A DNA stretch of 16,475 bases from Silvanigrellaceae bacterium. GTDB taxonomy: Bacteria; Bdellovibrionota_B; Oligoflexia; Silvanigrellales; Silvanigrellaceae. The translations under genes were made by a program, and so were the position numbers. Position 1 is the stretch's first letter. Every line of letters begins with the position of its first letter. Positions 7,530 to 14,649 of this stretch are shown one piece after another. Below the pieces are notes generated by a model. That model searched no databases. It saw only the letters and a list, made by a program, of their open reading frames with translations, and was not told the DNA's origin. Location of the stretch: positions 1-16,475 of the forward strand of contig JBMSQQ010000076.1 of NCBI GenBank assembly GCA_049423385.1, written 5' to 3'.

Positions 7530-9560
7530 TCAAGCTGTCACCTTGAGTGAGCCATTTGCAGCGCGTTGCACATTTGTCTGCGCATCATTTTTTCCTGAGT
7601 AATTTTTTCTCACTCCACCTGCAGAAGCTGCGTTGTTCTGTACAGGTGTTGTTGGCCGTTCAAAGAAGCGCTCCCCGCCACTGAAGTTCTGTTGGGATGA
7701 GTTCTGATTGCCTTGAGAGAATGAAGAGAAATTCTGTTGCTGCTGCTGCTGTTGATTTGCACGCGAATTGTCGCTTTGAGACGGATTTTGGAATCCGGAG
7801 TCTCCAAGTTTCGTGTCAGTGGCAAATCGCACACCTTCAAGAACCACATTGTGCTTCTCGAGACCCGACTTGAGTTCATTGGACTGTTTTTCAAGTTCCT
7901 GCTTGATGCGGTCCGAATTTGCAACCAAATCGATGTTCACGCGATTGTTGTCGGTCATGTTGATTCGCAGTTCAACAACGCCCAATTGGCTGTCCTTGAT
8001 TTGAACCTTTGCCGAGCCACCGCCCTTGACAGCCAGCTCGGAAGCGATGCTCTGTACACGGAGTGCCGCTGAACGTGCCATTTCGCGTGTCCGTTCCGAT
8101 TCACGTGCACGTTGTGCGTTCTCTGTATTCAGGTCGCTTTTTTCGCGAACGCTGTTGAGTGACTCGGCTTTGGAAGCGGCAACTTCACCGATAACATTGG
8201 TTCGCCCACCTGGAGCTTGTCCCGAAGATGAATCCTGACGGTTCGGATTGCTGCCCGTCTGTTCGCCGGAGAGCTTGGACATGCTTGCAAGTCCTGCGAC
8301 CGAGTCCTGGGTCATGGGAGAAGACGAAGGTCCGTTGCTTGTTGGGTTTGAAAGTCGACCCGCTGGTCCTGCCTCGCCAGCAAAACCGGTTCTGTTGCCA
8401 TTCGCAGGCTGGCTTGGATTCTGAAGCGACTGAGGGTTTGACATCGCATCCACCATGGCTTTTTGCTCTGGTGTCAGGTCACGATAAGAGGTCCACTGAG
8501 GCTGTGTTGAGGTCAAAGCCTCCCGCATTTGCATTTGCTTCAGCAGTTCCGTGTTTTTGGCATCCTGAAGTTGCAGGCTGTCGAGTTGGCCCGCCTTGAG
8601 CTGGGAAAGCTGATCAAGCTTGTCGAGGGTCAGCTTCTCCATTGCCTGCTCTTGAAGATTCTGCTGAGCAACGAGATCGCGCAACGCCAGGTCGTTCTGG
8701 TTCCATTCCAGTGCTGCAAGCTTTTTCAACAGTTCGCTGTTTTCGGCGCTCTTGCCATCCATTGAACGTCCGACGGCCATTTTTCCTTCGGCCAGACTAT
8801 TTTCGTTTGGAGTGAATTCGAACTTCACGTCATCAAACTTGGAAGCAAGCTTGTTCATTTCATCGAATTTACCCTGGTTCTGATCGGCAACAAGATGACC
8901 GTTCTTTTGCATGTCTGCCAAACGTTCAAGTTTGCTCCCCAGTGCATTCATGACGCCATTCAGGGAGCCGCCGGCTTCGACCACTCCATTGAGCTGGTCA
9001 ACGCCGGTATGCTTATCTTGAAGCGAATTGGCATTTGCGCTCAGTTTATCCAGGCGAAGGTCTTTGGGTTGGTTTGTCGTCTGGTTCGGATTCGTTTGTT
9101 GATTAACCGCATTCTCATTTTCAAAAGATGTTTTTGCGTTCATTCCATCCTGTTGAGCAACGAGGAGTTGAGAGAGGGTCTGCTCAGACGATTCCTCCAC
9201 GTTTGTCTTTTTCCCCTTGGACTTTGTTGCCTTTCGACTGTCGTCGCTGGCTTCTGACTTCTTGCGGGTGCCCTTGCTTTCGGAAGCCTCCACAACCGGC
9301 TTTTCAATTTTTTCCGTCTTTTCTTGAGCAGCATGTGGCTTCTCGACCTTGCTGAGTTCCAACAGCTGGGTAAATGAATTCGCTCCAGCAAGGTTTGTGT
9401 TTCCCAGTGCCGCAGGACCACCCGCCAGAAGTTGCCCTGTTGTCGAGAGTGAATCCGCATCCGTGCCGGCGAGCTTTGAGTTCAAGTTCGGAAGATCATT
9501 TTGACCCGATCGCGCATTGGGAAAGGTGTTGAGCTGCGAAAGTCTGGATTGGTTGATCAT
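7530..9560 (-). CDS. fliK: Flagellar hook-length control protein FliK (676 aa)
   Basis: First gene of the fliK-flgD-flgE order. Long low-complexity Q/S/N/K-rich body. C-terminal T3S4-like domain (GSAKVQIKDSQLGVVELRINM...IKQELEKQSNELKSGLEKHNVVLEGVRF) and terminal GSLKVTA. Start placed at ATG 9560 because of the GGAGG RBS 6 nt upstream. Confidence 0.9.
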   Translation of the reverse strand: MINQSRLSQLNTFPNARSGQNDLPNLNSKLAGTDADSLSTTGQLLAGGPAALGNTNLAGANSFTQLLELSKVEKPHAAQEKTEKIEKPVVEASESKGTRKKSEASDDSRKATKSKGKKTNVEESSEQTLSQLLVAQQDGMNAKTSFENENAVNQQTNPNQTTNQPKDLRLDKLSANANSLQDKHTGVDQLNGVVEAGGSLNGVMNALGSKLERLADMQKNGHLVADQNQGKFDEMNKLASKFDDVKFEFTPNENSLAEGKMAVGRSMDGKSAENSELLKKLAALEWNQNDLALRDLVAQQNLQEQAMEKLTLDKLDQLSQLKAGQLDSLQLQDAKNTELLKQMQMREALTSTQPQWTSYRDLTPEQKAMVDAMSNPQSLQNPSQPANGNRTGFAGEAGPAGRLSNPTSNGPSSSPMTQDSVAGLASMSKLSGEQTGSNPNRQDSSSGQAPGGRTNVIGEVAASKAESLNSVREKSDLNTENAQRARESERTREMARSAALRVQSIASELAVKGGGSAKVQIKDSQLGVVELRINMTDNNRVNIDLVANSDRIKQELEKQSNELKSGLEKHNVVLEGVRFATDTKLGDSGFQNPSQSDNSRANQQQQQQQNFSSFSQGNQNSSQQNFSGGERFFERPTTPVQNNAASAGGVRKNYSGKNDAQTNVQRAANGSLKVTA
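7734..7754 (-). repeat. CAG/CAA trinucleotide tract encoding Q7 in the FliK C-terminal linker
   Basis: Minus strand reads CAA CAG CAG CAG CAG CAA CAG. Confidence 0.8.
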
Positions 9561-9845
9561 GGCGAGCCTCCGTGTGTTCATTCGAACTCTATTTCGAAGC
9601 AACGGTTTTCTTGAGTGTCGGACTTGCAGTTCAAAACGAGTTTTTTTCGCTGCAGACTTTTCAAAGTGCGTTTTTTTTGCGCAGCAGAAAGTGTTCGATG
9701 GATGCTTGGAATTATCAAAAGAGAATTAAAAAATATCATTATTTTCTGGGGTCTTTTGGTTCTGTTCGGTGTTACCCACGGATAAATTCTTCCGCGTCAA
9801 TTGACTAGCTGGCCATGGGCACCTACACTCCGGCACATTCTCGCA

Positions 9846-9861
9846 TGGAAAAGCATTTGCT
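9846..9861 (+). promoter_or_regulatory. Putative sigma54 -24/-12 promoter for the subtilase-ABC unit
   Basis: TGGAAAAGCATTTGCT has exact GG-N10-GC spacing and TTGCT, but departs from TGGCAC after the GG. It ends about 100 bp upstream of the ATG at 9961. Confidence 0.5.
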
Positions 9862-9872
9862 TGCGGTCGTCT

Positions 9873-9959
9873 GCACAGGGAGTGTGCTCGGATTACCGCA
9901 AAGAGCGCGCCAGGGATTGCGCGTTTTAGGACCGTGCGGGTCTATCCGAAGGGAGTCGG
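9873..9959 (+). promoter_or_regulatory. 5' leader with three AGGGA-loop hairpins (putative CsrA/RsmA binding sites)
   Basis: GCACA-GGGAG-TGTGC (9873-9887), GCGCGC-CAGGGATT-GCGCGT (9905-9924) and CCGA-AGGGAG-TCGG (9946-9959, the SD). Confidence 0.55.
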
Positions 9960-9960
9960 T

Positions 9961-11391
9961 ATGAGAGTGTCTGCACGTTCCATTGCGACGGTACTTGGCG
10001 TCATTGCAGTCTCTTCAATTGGTCTGAGCGACCGTGCACAAGGAAGCCGTGCAGCTAAAAACATCGCTTTCACCGAAGATGGTTACCCTTACATTCGTGG
10101 CGAATATCTCGTTAAAGTTCGTTCCGGCGCAGCGCTCGAGCGCTTGCTTGAACAACAATACGAAAGTGTTGGTGCAGTTGCACAACGTGCCCCGCTGTTG
10201 AATTCAACCGATTCCGGCATCTGGTACAAGGTCAAAGTGGCGGACGACTACAAGCTCCGTGAGGCGATTCTTTCTGCCCGCGAGAACGCCGATGTTGTCT
10301 ATGCAGAACCTAATTATCTCTATTACACCCAGTCGGCCAACGAAAAGAACATTCCAATGCCTCCATCCAAGGGTGGCAAGGCTGGTCCCGATTACCAACC
10401 CGTTCCTTCTCTTCCAAATCCATCCGTCGTGGATCCTGAAGTCTCGAAAATGTACGGGCTCAGCAAAATCGGTGTTCAGCAGGCTTGGCAAACAACAAGC
10501 GGAAGTTCAAAGGTTCTGGTCGCGGATATCGACACCGGAATCGACTACAACCACGAAGATCTCATCAACAATGTCTGGCGCAATCCAAACGAGATTCCGG
10601 GTGATGGAATCGACAACGATGGCAACGGTTTTGTGGATGACGTGGTTGGCTGGGACTTCCGTGACAAGGACGCTCGCCCATTCGATGACAACTCACATGG
10701 TAGCCACACGGCAGGGACGATTGGCGCCACTGGTGGCAACGGAATTGGTATTTCTGGCGTTGCACAGCAGGCAAGCGTGATGTCTCTGCGTTTCCTTGGC
10801 GGCGCTGAAGGTTCAGGTTCGTTGGAAGATGCGATCAAGGCTATCGAGTATTCGACCAACAACGGTGCGCAAATCACATCGAACAGTTGGGGTGGCGGTG
10901 GCTACTCCCAGGCGATGTTCGATGCCATTTCGCGCGCAAACGACAAGGGCATTCTGTTTGTTGCGGCAGCGGGCAACTCCGGCAGTGACAATGACAAAAA
11001 GGCTCAGTATCCGGCAAGCTACAAATTGCCAAACGTGCTCACGATTGCTGCTACAGACTCTGCTGACAAGCTCGCTTCTTTCAGCTGCTACGGTGCGACA
11101 ATGGTTCATCTTGCTGCTCCCGGCGTCAAGATTCTCAGCACCACGCCCGGCAACAAGTACGCAAGTCTGAGCGGAACGTCGATGGCGACTCCACACGTGA
11201 CGGGTGCTGCTGTCCTTTTGAAAGCGGCATACCCAAACATGAAGGCCAAGGAACTGAAAGCAGTTTTGATGGACTCTGTTGAAAAGCTGGACAGCTTGTC
11301 CGGGAAGGTTGTCACTGGAGGTCGTCTCAATATCTCGAAGGCTTTTGCAGTGGCAAGAGCCCAGTTCGGAGAACCAGTTTCTGGGAACTGA
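9961..11391 (+). CDS. Secreted S8 (subtilisin-like) serine protease, paralog 1 (476 aa)
   Basis: Signal peptide and prodomain (GEYLVKV...VYAEPNY). Catalytic triad motifs ADIDTG, HGSHTAG and GTSMATP, oxyanion AAGN, and Ca-binding loop DGIDNDGNGFVDD. AAGGGAG RBS before ATG 9961. Confidence 0.96.
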   Translation: MRVSARSIATVLGVIAVSSIGLSDRAQGSRAAKNIAFTEDGYPYIRGEYLVKVRSGAALERLLEQQYESVGAVAQRAPLLNSTDSGIWYKVKVADDYKLREAILSARENADVVYAEPNYLYYTQSANEKNIPMPPSKGGKAGPDYQPVPSLPNPSVVDPEVSKMYGLSKIGVQQAWQTTSGSSKVLVADIDTGIDYNHEDLINNVWRNPNEIPGDGIDNDGNGFVDDVVGWDFRDKDARPFDDNSHGSHTAGTIGATGGNGIGISGVAQQASVMSLRFLGGAEGSGSLEDAIKAIEYSTNNGAQITSNSWGGGGYSQAMFDAISRANDKGILFVAAAGNSGSDNDKKAQYPASYKLPNVLTIAATDSADKLASFSCYGATMVHLAAPGVKILSTTPGNKYASLSGTSMATPHVTGAAVLLKAAYPNMKAKELKAVLMDSVEKLDSLSGKVVTGGRLNISKAFAVARAQFGEPVSGN

Positions 11392-11396
11392 TTTCC

Positions 11397-11444
11397 CATC
11401 GCACGACCGATGACGCGCCTAGGCAAGCCTTGGTCGGTGTGATG
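11397..11444 (+). other. Intercistronic stem-loop after subtilase 1
   Basis: CATCGCAC-GACCGA...TTGGTC-G-GTGTGATG gives about 14 bp with G-U pairs and one bulge. There is no U-tract. Confidence 0.5.
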
Positions 11445-11464
11445 AGTTCAAAGGATTTAGATTG

Positions 11465-11503
11465 ATCGGAGCATTCCCAAAAGGAGGCTCCGATGTTTTT
11501 TTT
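11465..11503 (+). terminator. Terminator-like hairpin containing the SD and start codon of subtilase 2
   Basis: ATCGGAGC (11465-11472) pairs perfectly with GCTCCGAT (11487-11494), with an inner TCC/GGA stem, followed by G and T8 (11496-11503). The SD AGGAGG is at 11482-11487 and the ATG at 11493. Confidence 0.6.
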
Positions 11504-12866
11504 AGCTCGATCCTTCCGAGAATTTTCTCGCATCGCATCCTGGGCGGTTGCACTCGGGTTTTCTCTCGGTTTTGCTGTACTCGAAGCTGCCGACGAGCCT
11601 TTGCATGATGTGACTTCTCCTCAGTTTGTTCCCAACGAGTATCTGGTCAAGGTCAAGTCGCGGGATTCCCTCGATTCCCTTGTCGGAGAATTCGATTTTC
11701 TTGTCTCTGAACGACCGCTCTTCAGAACCTCGGGTGGTGATTGGTACAAGCTGTCTGATGTTGAATCTCGCACGTCGTTCAATGAAATCATGGCGTATGC
11801 TTATTCAAATCATTTGTTGAACGAAGACGTTGTTCACATCGAAAAGAATTTGATTTGGCGGGCTCTGACGGTCGCTGTTGATCCTGCTCCAAAAAGTGCG
11901 CCTGCGTTGCCAAAACGCGCGCGCAGGGATCCGCTTCTTGGGCGTTCATGGGGAATCGGGAAAATTCATGCAACCGATGCATGGTTGAAAACCACAGGCA
12001 GCGAACAAGTCATCGTCGCCGATATCGACACCGGAATTGATTACAATCATGACGATCTCATCAACAATATCTGGCGCAATGCAAACGAGAAGGCAGGCGA
12101 TGGAATCGACAACGACGGCAATGGATTCGTCGATGACGTTGTTGGATGGGACTTTGCAAACAAGGATTCGTTGCCTTGGGATGACAATGGTCACGGAACT
12201 CATACGTCGGGGAGTATTGGTGCCACGGGTGGAAACGGTGTTGGCACAGCGGGTGTGGCGCCAAGGGTCAAATTGATGGGTTTGAAATTTCTGAGCGGAG
12301 ATGGCTCAGGCAGCACCGAAGATGCCATCCGGGCAATCAACTATGCTGTTCAGAACGGAGCCACGATCCTCTCCAATAGCTGGGGAGGTGATGAGTATTC
12401 GAAAGCTCTCGAAGATGCGATTTCAGAAGCGGCTGCCCGGAACGTTTTGTTCGTGGCTGCCGCTGGAAACGATGGAACAAACAACGACACTCTGCCGATG
12501 TATCCTGCAGCTTACAACTTGCCAAACGTGATAGCGGTTGCCGCTTCGGATTCTGAAGATCGACTCGTCGACTACAGCAACTACGGTGCTCATTCAGTGC
12601 ATATTGTCGCGCCAGGCGATGTGGTCTTCAGTACCGTTCCCGGCAACAAGTACGAAGTCAACAGTGGTACTTCGATGGCATGTCCGCATGTCGCAGGAGC
12701 CGCTGCTTTGTTGAAGTCATTCAGGCCAACACTCACGGCGCTGGAGATCAAGAAAATCCTTTTGGATTCGGTGGACAAACAACCCGATTACGCGGATAAG
12801 ATTGCAAGCGGCGGGCGTTTGAACGTAGACCGTGCTTTGTCTCTTGCCGCGGGAGACCAAAGATAA
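11493..12866 (+). CDS. Secreted S8 (subtilisin-like) serine protease, paralog 2 (457 aa)
   Basis: Signal peptide and prodomain (PNEYLVKV). Triad motifs ADIDTG, HGTHTSG and GTSMACP, plus AAGN and DGIDNDGNGFVDD. AGGAGG RBS. Confidence 0.96.
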   Translation: MFFLARSFREFSRIASWAVALGFSLGFAVLEAADEPLHDVTSPQFVPNEYLVKVKSRDSLDSLVGEFDFLVSERPLFRTSGGDWYKLSDVESRTSFNEIMAYAYSNHLLNEDVVHIEKNLIWRALTVAVDPAPKSAPALPKRARRDPLLGRSWGIGKIHATDAWLKTTGSEQVIVADIDTGIDYNHDDLINNIWRNANEKAGDGIDNDGNGFVDDVVGWDFANKDSLPWDDNGHGTHTSGSIGATGGNGVGTAGVAPRVKLMGLKFLSGDGSGSTEDAIRAINYAVQNGATILSNSWGGDEYSKALEDAISEAAARNVLFVAAAGNDGTNNDTLPMYPAAYNLPNVIAVAASDSEDRLVDYSNYGAHSVHIVAPGDVVFSTVPGNKYEVNSGTSMACPHVAGAAALLKSFRPTLTALEIKKILLDSVDKQPDYADKIASGGRLNVDRALSLAAGDQR

Positions 12867-12882
12867 GAGGCCTCTCTGCCAG

Positions 12883-14649
12883 ATGCTTGAAAATGAAATC
12901 CAGGGTCGGATCCGTTGGTCAAGCATCAAACTCTTTATCAGCTCGGCACTCCACCACCGGACGCCACTTTTGGCAGGTCTTGTTGGTCTGACCGCGGCTT
13001 CAGGTTGTTGGTCGCTCGTCACGTTTTTGAGCGGTCGCCTCGCCGACAGAATTTTAGCTGTTGGAGAATCTGGCCAGTCGATTCAAAATGATGGGCAGAT
13101 CGCACTCCACTTTGCTGCTGTTCTGGCAAGCCTTCTCACAATGTATCTTGGCAATCGATTTGGCCGGCTCTGCATCAACGCAACTCTCATCAAGTCACTG
13201 AACGAACTCCATGAGCGTGCGATTTCGGCGGTCCTGCAGTCGCCGATGGCCTTCTTCAACACAAATCCAAGCGGACGGATAGTTGCGCGCTTCTCGAATG
13301 ATTTTCACAATGCATCGCAGTCGCTCGATCGAACCATGGCGACGTTTATATACTCACTCCTTGCAATATTTTTCAGTTCAATCGCAATTCTTCAAACTCA
13401 ACCGATTGTGTTTCTTTTCGCACTTCCTGTGGCTTTTGCCATTTTTCAAACGAGTCGTGTTCTGGGGCGAAAAGCGAGGGATAAACAGCGCTCATCGGGC
13501 CGGGCCGCTGCTTCTGTCCTTGCTCATCTTGCTGAAACCGGAAATATCGGTGTTGGTGTGCGGGCGTTGGGTCTTGAGGAAAAACTCGCGCAAAGAATGG
13601 ACTCACTTCAGGTCGAATCTTCCAGATTCGCCTTGTCGACGATCGAACTGAGCAATCTGCGGGCCTTTATTCAATCCTTGTTGGGACTGATGGTGATAGC
13701 CGGAGCGTTGGTTGCGTCCTGGTGGGCGCATGAGCGAGGGCAGATCTCTATTGGTCAGGCGGGTGCAATTGTCACACTTCTGATGGTGGTGCTGCGCAAT
13801 TTCGTTTTGGTGATCGAATTGATCAACACCGTTGAACTTGGATTTGTCAGTATCGAGCGGATCAATGAATATGCCGAGCTGCCAACCGAAGAAGCTTCGC
13901 GCACGGAAATCCTTGCTGCGGTTCCTCCGCGGTTCAAGTCGTCCATTATCGCCTTTGAAAATGTTTCTGTTGTCTATCATCCCGATCATCTTCCGGTCCT
14001 CAGGAATCTGACAGCCTCCATGGAGACCTGCAGGATGACGGGAATTGTGGGGCGAACCGGTTCCGGGAAAAGTACGCTGATATCGGCGTTGCTGCGTTTT
14101 GTTCAAATTTCCGAAGGACAAATCTACCTCAAGGGTCAAAATCTGGCAGCCCTCCCGGCGCGTGAGATAAGAAAAAAAATTGCTTTGGTGCCACAGGATC
14201 CAATTCTGTTTTCGGGAGATCTCTTCCACAACATCATACCGGGCGGAAACATGTCAGACGACGAAGCGAAAGGTCGGGCGCTGAATGCCTTGAATGAAGT
14301 TGGTCTGTCTGATTGGTTCGGCCAATTGCCGCAAGGACTGGAGACCGAACTCATCGAGCGTGGTTTGAATTTGAGTCAAGGACAACGACAGCTGGTGTGT
14401 CTTGCCCGTGCTTTGGCTCTTGCTCCTGAGCTTTTGGTTTTGGACGAGGCGACAAGTGCAATGGACTTCGAGTCGGAAAAAATTGTTTCGGCAGCACTCC
14501 AGAAAATTCGTGTTCGCCTGCCGATTCTTTTGATTGCTCATCGACCCGAAACCATTCAATCCTGCGATGAGGTCTGGCTGCTCAAGGATGGAAAAATTGC
14601 TTGGGCCGGAGTTCCTGCTGCTCTTCCTGCGCAGGAGAAAATTGAATGA
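12883..14649 (+). CDS. ABC exporter half (TMD-NBD) resembling the C-terminal half (TMD2-NBD2) of ABCC/MRP transporters
   Basis: LHERAISAVLQSPMAFFNTNPSGRIVARFSND, VSIERINEY, Walker A GRTGSGKS, PQDPILFSG, signature LSQGQ, Walker B LVLDEATS and H-loop IAHR. Start placed at ATG 12883 after AAGAGG; the exact start is uncertain. Confidence 0.93.
   Translation: MLENEIQGRIRWSSIKLFISSALHHRTPLLAGLVGLTAASGCWSLVTFLSGRLADRILAVGESGQSIQNDGQIALHFAAVLASLLTMYLGNRFGRLCINATLIKSLNELHERAISAVLQSPMAFFNTNPSGRIVARFSNDFHNASQSLDRTMATFIYSLLAIFFSSIAILQTQPIVFLFALPVAFAIFQTSRVLGRKARDKQRSSGRAAASVLAHLAETGNIGVGVRALGLEEKLAQRMDSLQVESSRFALSTIELSNLRAFIQSLLGLMVIAGALVASWWAHERGQISIGQAGAIVTLLMVVLRNFVLVIELINTVELGFVSIERINEYAELPTEEASRTEILAAVPPRFKSSIIAFENVSVVYHPDHLPVLRNLTASMETCRMTGIVGRTGSGKSTLISALLRFVQISEGQIYLKGQNLAALPAREIRKKIALVPQDPILFSGDLFHNIIPGGNMSDDEAKGRALNALNEVGLSDWFGQLPQGLETELIERGLNLSQGQRQLVCLARALALAPELLVLDEATSAMDFESEKIVSAALQKIRVRLPILLIAHRPETIQSCDEVWLLKDGKIAWAGVPAALPAQEKIE

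Noticed and set aside
9561..9602. Upstream starts for fliK (690-aa call)
   Set aside because: A strong GGAGG RBS precedes ATG 9560, and none precedes the earlier codons.
9831..9845. CGGCACATTCTCGCA as a sigma54 promoter
   Set aside because: GG-to-GC spacing is 9 nt, not the strictly required 10. The adjacent motif at 9846-9861 has the correct spacing.
13603..14229. 208-aa minus-strand ORF inside the first ABC gene
   Set aside because: Antisense to a motif-rich ABC transporter, with no independent support.
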